Shown piece by piece: positions 17,360-27,740 of a DNA stretch of 64,000 bases. How positions within the stretch are numbered: position 1 is the stretch's first letter; every line of letters starts with the position of its first letter. The translations under genes were made by a program, and so were the position numbers. The notes beneath the pieces were generated by a model that was not told the origin of the DNA, searched no databases, and saw only the letters and a program-made list of their open reading frames with translations. Source of the DNA: Candidatus Scalinduaceae bacterium (GTDB taxonomy: Bacteria; Planctomycetota; Brocadiia; Brocadiales; Scalinduaceae); assembly GCA_046759445.1 (NCBI GenBank), contig JBHICG010000007.1:29027-93026 (forward strand), read 5' to 3'.

Positions 17360-18940
17360 CTAAAATTTTAACATATATGCTGCCGTAATACACTCAATGT
17401 TTTCTATTGATAAGATAGTTTCCTGAGGAACTACAGCATTAACATTTAGGACTATTATTGCCCCACCTCCACTCTCTTTCGTACCAAACGACATATGCTC
17501 GATGTTAATATTCTGATCGCCTAATATTTTACCAATTATTCCTATCAAACCTGGCTTATCCTGCCCAAATAAGATTAGGACATGGCCTGTCGGATTCATG
17601 TCAACACGATAACCATTTATTGTTTCTATTCTAGATTCTTCATTTTTAAAAATAGTACCTGCAACAGATCTTTCGCCATCACCAGTATTAATCTTAGCGA
17701 AAACAAGATTCGTGTAATCCTCTGTAGCGCTACTAATAATTTCATTAATTTCTATTCCTCTTTCATTAGCCTTCAGTCGAGCATTTACAATATTTACGTC
17801 CTCTTCTAAAACATGCTTCAACAACCCTGCCAACAAACTATCTGTTAGGGGGTGTATGTTACTCTTGGAAACTTCACCGCTATATTGAATGTCAAGCGAT
17901 TTTAACCTGCCTCTTACTAACTGAATTAAAAGAGAACCCATTTTTTCTGTCAGTAACATATAAGGTTTAAGCTGCTGAAATTCTTCCGGACCTTGAACGG
18001 GCATATTAACCACATTTCTTATGTTTTTACCAATCAATGCATCAGCCATTTGTTCTGCCGCATCTTTAGCTACTGCATGCTGAGCCTCTTCTGTTAGCGC
18101 TCCAAGATGTGGTGTTGGAAGGACATTGTCAAGCTTTAACAGTTTATTATTTACTGGTGGTTCCTTCTCAAAAACATCAATAGCTGCCCCGGCAACCTTA
18201 CCATTCATAATTGCATCATAAAGCGCATCTTCTGACATTATGCCACCTCGCGCACAATTTATTATTCTTACTCCACTTTTCATTAGAGCAAATTCACGAG
18301 TCGCAATTAGGTTTCTTGTCTCGTTTCTCAGAGGAACATGCAAAGATATATAATCAGACTGTCCCAATAGCTCATCAAGATTTTTAACCTGATGAATATT
18401 CCATTTGGAAATTGTTTCAGACGAAATAAAGGGATCGTAACCTATTACCCTCATTTCTAGCGCTAATCCTCGTTTTGCCACCTCTTTCCCAATCCTGCCT
18501 AATCCAACTACACCGAGGACTTTTCCAGAAATTTGAAAACCGATAAATTTTTTACGTTCCCATTTTCCTTCACGAACAGAATTACAAGCTTGAGGTATGT
18601 TTCTTGACAAAGCTAATAGAAGCGTAATTGTATGCTCAGCGGTAGATGTTGCATTTCCCCCAGGGGTATTCATAACCATGATCCCCTTTTTTGTTGCAGC
18701 AGATACATCTACATTATCAACTCCAACTCCTGCTCGACATATTGCGCGAAGTTTTGTCGCATTTTCAATTACTTCTGATGTGCTTTTTGTATTGCTCCGA
18801 ATAATCAGACCATCATACTCACCTATTTCCTTTTTTAACTCTTCCGGTGAGATATCAGGTCTCATAGTTGTCTGAATGCCAACATTTTCTAAAATAGTTT
18901 TACATATATCTGGAAGATTGTCTGTTATTAATACCTTCAT
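17360..18940 (-). CDS. serA: D-3-phosphoglycerate dehydrogenase
   Basis: RAGVGVDNVD, GLGRIG, NCARGG, PHLGA motifs; ASB and ACT (DKPGLIG) domains. Confidence 0.96.
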   Translation of the reverse strand: MKVLITDNLPDICKTILENVGIQTTMRPDISPEELKKEIGEYDGLIIRSNTKSTSEVIENATKLRAICRAGVGVDNVDVSAATKKGIMVMNTPGGNATSTAEHTITLLLALSRNIPQACNSVREGKWERKKFIGFQISGKVLGVVGLGRIGKEVAKRGLALEMRVIGYDPFISSETISKWNIHQVKNLDELLGQSDYISLHVPLRNETRNLIATREFALMKSGVRIINCARGGIMSEDALYDAIMNGKVAGAAIDVFEKEPPVNNKLLKLDNVLPTPHLGALTEEAQHAVAKDAAEQMADALIGKNIRNVVNMPVQGPEEFQQLKPYMLLTEKMGSLLIQLVRGRLKSLDIQYSGEVSKSNIHPLTDSLLAGLLKHVLEEDVNIVNARLKANERGIEINEIISSATEDYTNLVFAKINTGDGERSVAGTIFKNEESRIETINGYRVDMNPTGHVLILFGQDKPGLIGIIGKILGDQNINIEHMSFGTKESGGGAIIVLNVNAVVPQETILSIENIECITAAYMLKF

Positions 18941-19210
18941 AATTACTTATACATCCTCATGCTTAATTCTCTTAGTTTGTAATTTAATTAAGAATATTAA
19001 CATGCACTTAGGCAGAAATCAAATTCAATCTATTTCCCAAATTCAAACATAGAAATTGAGTAAATCCTTTTAAGAAAAATTTAGATGCATTTTTTAACTA
19101 TTGTAAAGGTTTGACATAGATTGGAAAGTTTAAGCGAGGATGACCATCTAAGACACACGGGGAAAAAATAAGAACTAGGCTTTTAGTCGTTACTCCCTTG
19201 CCTGGAATAG

Positions 19211-19284
<74 letters not shown>

Positions 19285-19533
19285 TACCTATACAGTTTTA
19301 CATAAACTGAGCGATTTACCATCTGTGCAAAAACCGGGTGAGCGCTCTTGTAGATAGGTTGATTGGAATTTCCCTTTAACTAAACGCAACCTGAAGTTTT
19401 TAACAGTATAGATTGTTAGATTTATGTTATACTATATCAGTAAACATAGTATGTCAATTAGAAAATCTACATCGTCTTCCTTAATGAGGAGCAGTATAAG
19501 AGCACATATTAATCACTCTTTTATATTATTCCT

Positions 19534-19653
19534 TTAGTCCATTAGTGTCATTGGCTGCCCACAACACTCTAAGGTGCCAGCGCCTCCTTCCTTTACGTCA
19601 ACCACTGCGCCACATATTTCACATTCATATGCTTCACCAGATTCTGTTGGCAT
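19534..19653 (-). CDS. Desulforedoxin-like Fe(Cys)4 protein, 39 aa (absent from ORF track)
   Basis: MPTESGEAYECEICGAVVDVKEGGAGTLECCGQPMTLMD*; CxxC...CCGQPM signature; AAAGGAG RBS. Confidence 0.9.
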   Translation of the reverse strand: MPTESGEAYECEICGAVVDVKEGGAGTLECCGQPMTLMD

Positions 19654-19706
19654 TGACTATTCTCCTTTCTGTGTATAAAATAATATCCAAATGTATCTGG
19701 AAGAAA

Positions 19707-20414
19707 TTAGATCAATAATTTTCCCGCAGTTATGAGAAAATATTCTCCTGTAGCTATCATTAAGTAGCCAAAACCCTTTTTGATAACCACGCTCCATTTT
19801 CCAGTCTTTGGCATACTTGACATCAAGCCTGCAAATGTACCTACGATAATTAAGAGAGTTCCTAATCCTATTGAAAATACGAAAAGTAAAGTTACACCGT
19901 AGAGGACATTTTGTTTAGCTGCCACAAAGGTTAAGACAACACCCAATACAGGTGCAGTACAGGGTGCGGCGACTGTTCCAGCAAGGAGGCCCACTATAAA
20001 TGCTCCCAGGTATCCACCAACCTTCTTACTTGATTGCCTGCTTGTAAGGAACGAAGGTATAGGCAACGCGAAAGCATCTAACATTGATAAGCCTAAAAAG
20101 ATAAAGATATTTGCAACGACCAGGTAGAGCACCGGGTTTGTACTGGCAGCTCCAAAGAGCTTGCCTGTGATAGCGGCAAATGCTCCAAGAGTAGAATATG
20201 TTACTGCCATTCCTATAACATAAAATATTGAAAGGGAAAAACCCTTTATTCTGGATTCGCCACTGTGTCCTCCGATATAAGCTATTGTTATCGGAATCAT
20301 TGGATACACGCAGGGTGTAAAGCTTGTGAGTACACCACCTAAAAAAACTGCTATGTAGGCAAAAAGGGGCGCTGTATTTAAATAGCCTTCTAGCCCTTGC
20401 AAAAAACTTTCCAT
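19707..20414 (-). CDS. ccdA: CcdA/DsbD transmembrane disulfide reductase
   Basis: SFTPCVYPMIP and APCTAP motifs. Confidence 0.92.
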   Translation of the reverse strand: MESFLQGLEGYLNTAPLFAYIAVFLGGVLTSFTPCVYPMIPITIAYIGGHSGESRIKGFSLSIFYVIGMAVTYSTLGAFAAITGKLFGAASTNPVLYLVVANIFIFLGLSMLDAFALPIPSFLTSRQSSKKVGGYLGAFIVGLLAGTVAAPCTAPVLGVVLTFVAAKQNVLYGVTLLFVFSIGLGTLLIIVGTFAGLMSSMPKTGKWSVVIKKGFGYLMIATGEYFLITAGKLLI

Positions 20415-20426
20415 ATAATGTTATCC

Positions 20427-20756
20427 TTACAAAACTTGCTCAAATTTTTGTGCGAGCTTACTCTTACTTGTGACACCAACCATAGTTTCCTTTATTTCTC
20501 CATCGCTAAAAAGAATTAAAGTCGGTACGGATAACACGCCATATTTAGTCGCCAGTTCTTTGTTTCCATCTACATCAATATCTACTTTCACAATCTTGAC
20601 TTTACCATCGTATTCTCCGGATAGTTCACCTAAAATGGGTGTTTGTGTCTTACAAGGTCCACACCAATCTGCAAAAAAGTCAACTAATACAGGCACTTCT
20701 GATTTAATAACAATCTGCTCAAAATCCTCGTTTGTAATTGCTGCTATGTTTGCCAT
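20427..20756 (-). CDS. trxA: Thioredoxin
   Basis: WCGPC active site. Confidence 0.96.
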   Translation of the reverse strand: MANIAAITNEDFEQIVIKSEVPVLVDFFADWCGPCKTQTPILGELSGEYDGKVKIVKVDIDVDGNKELATKYGVLSVPTLILFSDGEIKETMVGVTSKSKLAQKFEQVL

Positions 20757-20947
20757 TATTGATTTTTCCCCCTTTCGTGATTAACTTTCCAACTTTATTG
20801 GAACATTACCAAATCATAAACTCTTAAACGACTAATGTACAAAAAATTAGAAGCCTGAATCCCAACAAATATTATAATAAAATGATATTAAAAGTAAAAG
20901 CATATTGGATTAAGCATTCATTCTAAGTTAAACAATTTTTTCCCGAC

Positions 20948-22321
20948 CTAGAGCTTATCAGAAACTAAGCAAATATCGTGCTTCTTAATCTTATTGTATA
21001 GACTCGCCCTTGATATCTTTAGTAATTCTGCCGCTTTCTCCTTGTCCCAATTGACCTTGTTTAAGGTATCAGAAATTATCTGTCTTTCTGCGATATCAAT
21101 CATGTTATGGAAAGTCTTATCATTTTTTTCTGTTTTAAATGGATATTCTTCATATGATAATTGTAAATCTTCCGTTTCAATGGTATCTGCTTTAGAAAGC
21201 ACCACTGATCTCTCAATCATATTCTCTAATTCTCTTACATTACCCGGCCAGTCATAACACATAAGCTTACGTAATGCTGTTCTTGATACTCCCTTAACAT
21301 TTCTATTATTTTTTTTACAATATTTTTTTAAGAAATGTGCTGCAAGGAGAGAAACATCATCTAGTCTTTCACGAAGAGGAGGTAAATTAATTGTAATTAC
21401 CTTCAGACGATAGAAAAGATCTTTCCTAAAGGTACCTTTTTGTACGCAAGATTCCAGGTCAGTGTTTGTTGCCGTTATAATTCGTACATCTACCTTCAGT
21501 GTCTTATCACTTCCTACAGCTTCAAACTCACAGTCCTGCAATACCCCGAGCAATTTTGCCTGTATATGGAAAGGTATATTACCTATTTCATCGAGAAAGA
21601 TTGTACCTTTGTCCGCCATACGAAACCTACCGATTCTGTCTTTTGTCGCACCAGTAAAAGAGCCTTTTACGTGTCCAAAAAGTTCACTTTCAAGCAATGT
21701 TTCAGTAAGAGAGGCACAATCAACCTTGATGAATGGTTTATCTTTTCGCATACTATTATAATGAATAGCTCTAGCTACTAACTCCTTACCTGTACCGGTT
21801 TCGCCCTGGATTAGTACATTTGCCTCTGTGTCGCTAACGCTATTTATCAGCGCATAAACTTTTTTCATCTTGTGGCTTTCACCTATGATATTTTCAAACT
21901 TAAATTTTAATTCTAATTCAGAACGTAATCTGTCTACCTCCCTTTCCAGGCTTCGCATTTGCAAAATCTTATCTACGATCAAAACCAGTTCATCTCGTTT
22001 GAAAGGTTTAGTAACGTAATCTGCCGCTCCCAATTTCATTGCTTCCACCGCATTGCTAACCGTGGCATAACTCGTCATTACTATTACGTCAATATTATTA
22101 TCCAACATTTTAATTTTTTTTAATAAACCTATACCATCCATATCAGGCATAACCAGGTCTGCTATTACTATTGAGTAATTATCATTCTTTACTTTAGTAA
22201 AGGCATCTTCCCCGCTGTATGATGCCTCTGCATCATAACCACGACTATTTAAGAGTTCTATACACATTTCTGCAAGTGAGTTATCATCATCAACAACAAG
22301 AATTTTCTTTTTTAACTTCAT
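20948..22321 (-). CDS. Sigma54-dependent response regulator (NtrC/AtoC family)
   Basis: REC domain, GETGTGKE, GSFTGA, WPGNVRELEN, Fis-type HTH. Confidence 0.95.
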   Translation of the reverse strand: MKLKKKILVVDDDNSLAEMCIELLNSRGYDAEASYSGEDAFTKVKNDNYSIVIADLVMPDMDGIGLLKKIKMLDNNIDVIVMTSYATVSNAVEAMKLGAADYVTKPFKRDELVLIVDKILQMRSLEREVDRLRSELELKFKFENIIGESHKMKKVYALINSVSDTEANVLIQGETGTGKELVARAIHYNSMRKDKPFIKVDCASLTETLLESELFGHVKGSFTGATKDRIGRFRMADKGTIFLDEIGNIPFHIQAKLLGVLQDCEFEAVGSDKTLKVDVRIITATNTDLESCVQKGTFRKDLFYRLKVITINLPPLRERLDDVSLLAAHFLKKYCKKNNRNVKGVSRTALRKLMCYDWPGNVRELENMIERSVVLSKADTIETEDLQLSYEEYPFKTEKNDKTFHNMIDIAERQIISDTLNKVNWDKEKAAELLKISRASLYNKIKKHDICLVSDKL

Positions 22322-23577
22322 GTCATTTTCTCTTCATTAACGGGCAAAGTTATTGTGAAACTTGTACCTCCGCCTTCCTCACTTTTTACAATAATGTCTC
22401 CACCATGGTTTTTAACTATATCGGAGCAAATATTGAGCCCTAGCCCAGTTCCCTTGCCTGGTTCTTTAGTAGTAAAAAATGGCTCAAAAACACAGTTCAA
22501 ATTTGTCCTTGATATTCCATGCCCAGTGTCATCAAATGATAGTTCCAAAGAATTTATGTTATCTTTAAAAACACTTGATATCCTAATCTCTCCTCCATGT
22601 GGCATTGCATCAATGGAATTTTTTAACAGATTGAAGAAAACTTGTTGAATTTGGTTTTCGTCCACGCTTATTTGTGGTATTTCATTATCCAGATTCAAGC
22701 TGATTCGGATCTTATGTACCTTTATAACATGTTCCATAAGAGAAATTGTACTTTTTATTAATGCGTTTATATCCTGCAAAGTTCTTGTATCTCTAGATTT
22801 CTTGGAAAAATCTAAAATTTCATGAATAATTTTTTGACATCGTAAAACCTGGTTTGAGATTATTTTTAATCTAGATAATGCCTTTTCGCCTTTTAAATCC
22901 TCCTCAAGCAATTCGCAGTATCCTGATATTGTTGTTAATGGACTATCAATTTCATGTGCAAGACATGACGTAATCTGTCCAATAGATGCTAATTTCTCTG
23001 CCTGAAAGAGCTTACCCTGAGTAGACTGTAGTTCTTTATATGCAAGCTTAAGTTCTCTTACTCTTTTGCTAAGTTCTTTTCTCTGTTCTTCCCTTTCTTG
23101 TTCTAACTTCTTCCTTTCCGTAACGTCTCTTTCAAACTCAATAACATAAACGGTTTTTCCAAGATCATTTTTTATTGGAAAACTGATAAGTTCTAAATAA
23201 TGTTTATTTCCATTTAATTCGTAGGTAGTCGATGATAGTTGAGGTTTATTTTGTTCAAAACACTTCCAGGTATCACAATGAGAACAGGGTTCGTTATTAT
23301 TCCAAAACTCTTCATAGCATTTTCTTCCTATCAAATTTTCCTTTGAATCACCTATTTTCCTTGCAGCCGTCTTGTTTAACAAAATTACTTTGAAATTCCT
23401 GTCAACTATCTTAATAGAGTCTTCAATCCCATCTAATACAGATTGTAAAAATTTCTTACTCTGTATATTGTCCTTTATGGCGCATATACTCCCAATCTTT
23501 TTACAAACATTTTTAAATGCTTCTTCAAATTGGTAAATTAAGCCTATATTAGTGGTTATTCTTTCTTTGGATGTCAT
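22318..23577 (-). CDS. Cytoplasmic PAS sensor histidine kinase
   Basis: Cys-bearing PAS (KCYE...PCSHC...C), AHEIDSP H-box, N/G/F boxes; 4-bp overlap with the regulator. Confidence 0.93.
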   Translation of the reverse strand: MTSKERITTNIGLIYQFEEAFKNVCKKIGSICAIKDNIQSKKFLQSVLDGIEDSIKIVDRNFKVILLNKTAARKIGDSKENLIGRKCYEEFWNNNEPCSHCDTWKCFEQNKPQLSSTTYELNGNKHYLELISFPIKNDLGKTVYVIEFERDVTERKKLEQEREEQRKELSKRVRELKLAYKELQSTQGKLFQAEKLASIGQITSCLAHEIDSPLTTISGYCELLEEDLKGEKALSRLKIISNQVLRCQKIIHEILDFSKKSRDTRTLQDINALIKSTISLMEHVIKVHKIRISLNLDNEIPQISVDENQIQQVFFNLLKNSIDAMPHGGEIRISSVFKDNINSLELSFDDTGHGISRTNLNCVFEPFFTTKEPGKGTGLGLNICSDIVKNHGGDIIVKSEEGGGTSFTITLPVNEEKMT

Positions 23578-23730
23578 GATAGAAATTAATCAGGATCGGC
23601 TTTTGATGAAATAAAAAAAATTGTTATATTTTTTATCATGTGGGAAATAGAAAATCGTAATATTAACTATTGTATGTACTTACAATAATCCTACTCTTGT
23701 AATATGAAAAAAGCAAGTAAAAGTTAAGCC

Positions 23731-23926
23731 AACCCTAACAGGCTGTTATCCGAGAATTGAGGGAAACATCATTTTGTCATCTTTGAATTTATTTCAGAAT
23801 CTTTAAATTTAAGAGGTTTTCAAGAGTGCAAGACTCCGAATCAAGTTCAGGTATGATTCTATCCGTCCTTCGGACAGTTTAGCAGAATCACCAAGGACAA
23901 TTCTCGGATAACAGCCTGTTAGGGTT
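23731..23926. mobile_element. MITE-like element with 29-bp perfect inverted repeats
   Basis: AACCCTAACAGGCTGTTATCCGAGAATTG (23731-23759) / exact reverse complement (23898-23926); decayed TGTCA REP pair inside. Confidence 0.8.
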
Positions 23927-24104
23927 TGACATGGTAAAAAAAGGTTTATATAATTGTGTCTATTTAAACACTTCAGGAGCTTTCCGTGCCCTCCTGAAAA
24001 ATTGCTGAGGTAGGTAGTTACAATTTCTTGTAAAGACTTACCTTTATTATATAAAATATGTTATAAATATTTACAATAAATCAAATTCTGGAGGATAAGT
24101 CTTG

Positions 24105-24347
24105 ATGAACGATAAAACTCAAGAAGCACAAACAATAGTGCAAATATTGGAAGAAGCAGTAAAAAAAGAACAAGATTCTAGTGAATATTACTCAAGTGCA
24201 GCAAAGCAATCTGGTAAACCTACTATCAAAAAAATGTTCCTAAAACTTGCAGAAATGGAAAAAGGCCACATGACAGAACTAAATAAACAGTTGGCTGATG
24301 TTAAGGCACAAATAATGGTTGATAGTGCTATCACTGGCGGTAGTTAA
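24105..24347 (+). CDS. Small rubrerythrin/ferritin-like half-domain protein
   Basis: EAVKKE...YY and LAEMEKGH; GGAGG RBS. Confidence 0.8.
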   Translation: MNDKTQEAQTIVQILEEAVKKEQDSSEYYSSAAKQSGKPTIKKMFLKLAEMEKGHMTELNKQLADVKAQIMVDSAITGGS

Positions 24348-24525
24348 ATTCCGAGATTAAAAGGTTCTTGAACACACATTATCTACCTTTTAACTCCCAA
24401 ATAAAGAACAACAGGCAAGAGACAGAGTGATAAGCTGTCACCAGATGCAATATTTTTTGCGTCTTGTAGAAACAACCATCAGTTATGCTTACTATTATGT
24501 TTAAAACCATTTCTGGAATATCTTA

Positions 24526-25305
24526 ATGACAGGCGGACTAACACTAGGCGACACACCAAGAAAAAAAGCTATTGTCATAAGTCATGAACGCTCTGGCACT
24601 CATTTCCTCATGAACACCTTAGCACTCAATTTTGGTTACATTTCTAAACCCTGGATAAATTTTGATTTTGAAATAGGTATCAATTTTCATTCTTCAAGAG
24701 AATTGTTAGCTTTCTTCAAAAAGATGCACGATTTACCAATTTTAAATATTATTAAATCTCACCATCATATTTCATTTTTTTCGGATTTTATTGATTATTT
24801 GGCAGAACAATTTCATATCTTCTATATCTACCGTGATCCACGAGATGTGATGGTAAGTTTTTGGAGGCTAATACAAAATCTTTCCTGGGACGAAGGGCCG
24901 AAGACAGATAGTGTTTGTCAATTTATGCGTACCGCCCCACGAGGCGCCATCCTTCGCTATCAAAAAGAACAATCACCGACCATTTTACATAGGTGGCAAG
25001 ATCATGTGATTGGTTGGATTAATTTTGCAGAAGAAAGCCGTAATCAAAAGGCCATAGTAATTCGTTATGAAGACTTGAATTTGAAATTTGACGAAATAGT
25101 TAAAGAAATTGGGATAAGAATAGATTTTTCAGCAGAAAAACCTAAACGCCCAGATAGAGAAGATAATGTGATTCTACCCGGAACAGGACAAGTTTCTGAT
25201 TACCGAAAATTTTTTACTCAAGAAGACCGAGATTTCATTCTCAATACTGTGGGTGAAACAATGAATCGTCTGTGCATAAACCTTTTACAGGACAGACAAG
25301 CATAA
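24526..25305 (+). CDS. Sulfotransferase-domain protein
   Basis: ERSGTH 5'-PSB loop, YRDPRDVMVS 3'-PB motif, IRYEDL. Confidence 0.88.
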   Translation: MTGGLTLGDTPRKKAIVISHERSGTHFLMNTLALNFGYISKPWINFDFEIGINFHSSRELLAFFKKMHDLPILNIIKSHHHISFFSDFIDYLAEQFHIFYIYRDPRDVMVSFWRLIQNLSWDEGPKTDSVCQFMRTAPRGAILRYQKEQSPTILHRWQDHVIGWINFAEESRNQKAIVIRYEDLNLKFDEIVKEIGIRIDFSAEKPKRPDREDNVILPGTGQVSDYRKFFTQEDRDFILNTVGETMNRLCINLLQDRQA

Positions 25306-25317
25306 AGGTAAAAGAAA

Positions 25318-26304
25318 ATGGGTATAGACCGCGATATACTTCATCAATTATATTATTATCTTAAATTGACCAGACATCTGGAAGAAAGGGTTACATCTCT
25401 GTATCGTCAGGGAAAGATTGTAGGAGGTGCATGGACAAGTAACGGTACGGAAGCAATATCAGTTGGGTATTCTTATGCTTTAGAAAAGGATGATGTAGCG
25501 GCACCTTACTTCAGAGATATGGGTGTCTTTCTGGTAAGGGGTATTACTCCAAGAAGGATTATGGCACAATATCTTGGTAAGAAAACGGGTGTAACAAAAG
25601 GCAAAGATGGTAATGTTCATATAGGCGATATAAATTTCGGTTCTTTTGCTTTTCCAAGTCATCTGGCAGATAATTATCCTGTAGCCACTGGCGCTGCACT
25701 GGCATTTAAGATAAGAGGTGAGAAGCACATTGCAGCCGCTAGCACTGGAGATGGAGGAACCAGCAGGGGTGATTTCCATGAGGCCCTTAATCTTGCATCA
25801 GTACTTAAGCTACCCGTTGTCTTCTTCTGCAACAACAATCAATACGCATATTCAACACCACATACAAAACAGATGGCCATAAAAAACGTTGCAGAGCGCT
25901 CTCTTGCTTATGGGATTCCAAGCGAAATTGTAGATGGCAATGACATAATTGCTGTATATTTAACGGCAAAAAAGGCTTATGAAAAGGCAAGGGCAGGAGA
26001 AGGCCCTACATTTATAGAGTGTAAAACCATGAGAATGCATGGCCATTCAGAACATGACGCCGCTAAATATGTCCCTAGAGAACTCCTTGAAGAATGGAAG
26101 AAGAAAGACCCTATAGTTAAAATGGAAAAGTATCTACTTGAAAATGACGTTGCTTCTGAAAATGAAATAAAAGATATAGACAAACGTGTTAGAGATGTAA
26201 TAGAAGAGGCAGAAGAGTTTGCCGATAACAGCCCTTATCCTGAAGGTAAAGATGCTTTAGAGGGGCTTTATGCAACTCCTATAGAAAAGGTAAAAACACT
26301 ATGA
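25318..26304 (+). CDS. 2-oxoacid dehydrogenase E1 alpha subunit (TPP-dependent)
   Basis: GDGGTSRGDFHE...NNQYA TPP motif; RMHGHSEHD; substrate not determined. Confidence 0.93.
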   Translation: MGIDRDILHQLYYYLKLTRHLEERVTSLYRQGKIVGGAWTSNGTEAISVGYSYALEKDDVAAPYFRDMGVFLVRGITPRRIMAQYLGKKTGVTKGKDGNVHIGDINFGSFAFPSHLADNYPVATGAALAFKIRGEKHIAAASTGDGGTSRGDFHEALNLASVLKLPVVFFCNNNQYAYSTPHTKQMAIKNVAERSLAYGIPSEIVDGNDIIAVYLTAKKAYEKARAGEGPTFIECKTMRMHGHSEHDAAKYVPRELLEEWKKKDPIVKMEKYLLENDVASENEIKDIDKRVRDVIEEAEEFADNSPYPEGKDALEGLYATPIEKVKTL

Positions 26305-27275
26305 AAGAAATAACATACGTAGAGGCAATACATCAGGCATTGTGGGAAGAAATGGAAAGAGATAATAGTGTCTTTATCCTTGGTGAAGATATTGGGGTAT
26401 ATGGCGGTGCATTCAGAGTTACAGAGGGTATGCTAGAGAAATTTGGCGAGCTACGCGTAATTGACACACCACTTTCAGAATCAGGATTTACGGGGGCTGC
26501 AATAGGCGCTGCGCTTGTTGGGATGAGACCTGTTGTTGAAATGCAGTTTGCAGACTTTATCTCATGCGCTTTTGACCAAATCGTAAACGTAGCTGCAAAG
26601 AACCACTATCGATGGGGGGCTAATACTCCAATGGTAATCAGGGCTCCTTATGGTGGAAATATTCATGGAGGTGCGTTCCATTCTCAATGTCCGGAAGGAT
26701 GGTTCTTTCACACTCCTGGACTTAAATTGGTTGCACCGGCTTTCCCATCCGATGCTAAAGGCTTACTCAAGGCTTCAATTAGGGATAATGATCCTGTTAT
26801 CTTTTTTGAGCATAAATTTTTATATCGAAGAATAAAAGAAGAAGTACCTGAAGATGATTACACAGTGCCTATTGGCGAGGCGCGAATAGTACAGGAAGGA
26901 AACGATATATCCCTAATAACCTATGGGGCAATGGTTCATACAGCGCTTGAAGCTTCCAAAAAATTAGAGGAAATCGGAATTAGTTTGGAAATAGTCGACC
27001 TTAGAACCCTTTTACCATTAGATAAGGAAACAGTTTACGATTCAGTTAAGAAAACTAATAAAGTAATTGTCCTTTATGAAGCAACAAGAAGTGGAGGAGT
27101 AGGAGCTGAAGTTTCTGCCCTAATCTCAGAAGAGGTTTTCAACTATCTAGATGGCCCAATCGTCCGTGTTTCAGCACCTGACACACCTGTCCCTTATAGC
27201 CCTCCAATGGAAGAATATTTCCTCCCCCAGCTAGAAGACGTTATTACGGCAGCAGAAAAGCTTGCCGCATACTAG
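26301..27275 (+). CDS. 2-oxoacid dehydrogenase E1 beta subunit
   Basis: GEDIGVYGG, DTPLSE, EMQFADF, HSQ, DLRTL motifs. Confidence 0.94.
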   Translation: MKEITYVEAIHQALWEEMERDNSVFILGEDIGVYGGAFRVTEGMLEKFGELRVIDTPLSESGFTGAAIGAALVGMRPVVEMQFADFISCAFDQIVNVAAKNHYRWGANTPMVIRAPYGGNIHGGAFHSQCPEGWFFHTPGLKLVAPAFPSDAKGLLKASIRDNDPVIFFEHKFLYRRIKEEVPEDDYTVPIGEARIVQEGNDISLITYGAMVHTALEASKKLEEIGISLEIVDLRTLLPLDKETVYDSVKKTNKVIVLYEATRSGGVGAEVSALISEEVFNYLDGPIVRVSAPDTPVPYSPPMEEYFLPQLEDVITAAEKLAAY

Positions 27276-27414
27276 AGAAAATTCCCCAACTTTTGCAGGA
27301 AAAAGGTTTTAGACAATAAACACATACCCAAATTTAGATTGAAAAAATATGTTATATCTGCTAATTTCGTATCTCAGATTGCAAATTTACTTGCTATGAT
27401 AGAGGAAAACAATA

Positions 27415-27487
27415 GCCCCCATCGTCTAGAGGCCCAGGATACATGGTTCTCAGCCATGAGACAGGGGTTCAAATCCCCTTGGGGGTA
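27415..27487 (+). tRNA. tRNA-Glu(CTC)
   Basis: GCCCCCATCGTCTAG...CATGG TTCTCAG CCATG...GGTTCAAATCC...TGGGGGTA. Confidence 0.96.
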
Positions 27488-27740
27488 CACTTGTTTTCTA
27501 AATACCTCTTAAGTGTTTCATCTCTTACTTTACTAAAAAAAGAAACGATATTGCTCACACGTTTAAAAACCGCACATAAAAAATATTTAAAAATGTTATC
27601 AAATAAAAACATACCATTCTAGTAATCGGATATACTATCATTTAAACTTTGTTTTTAAGGCTCAAGATTTCATGTCAATGACAAATTGATTTAATAATAG
27701 ATAACTAAATAGTGATGTAGAAAGGATATATTATCTAGAA

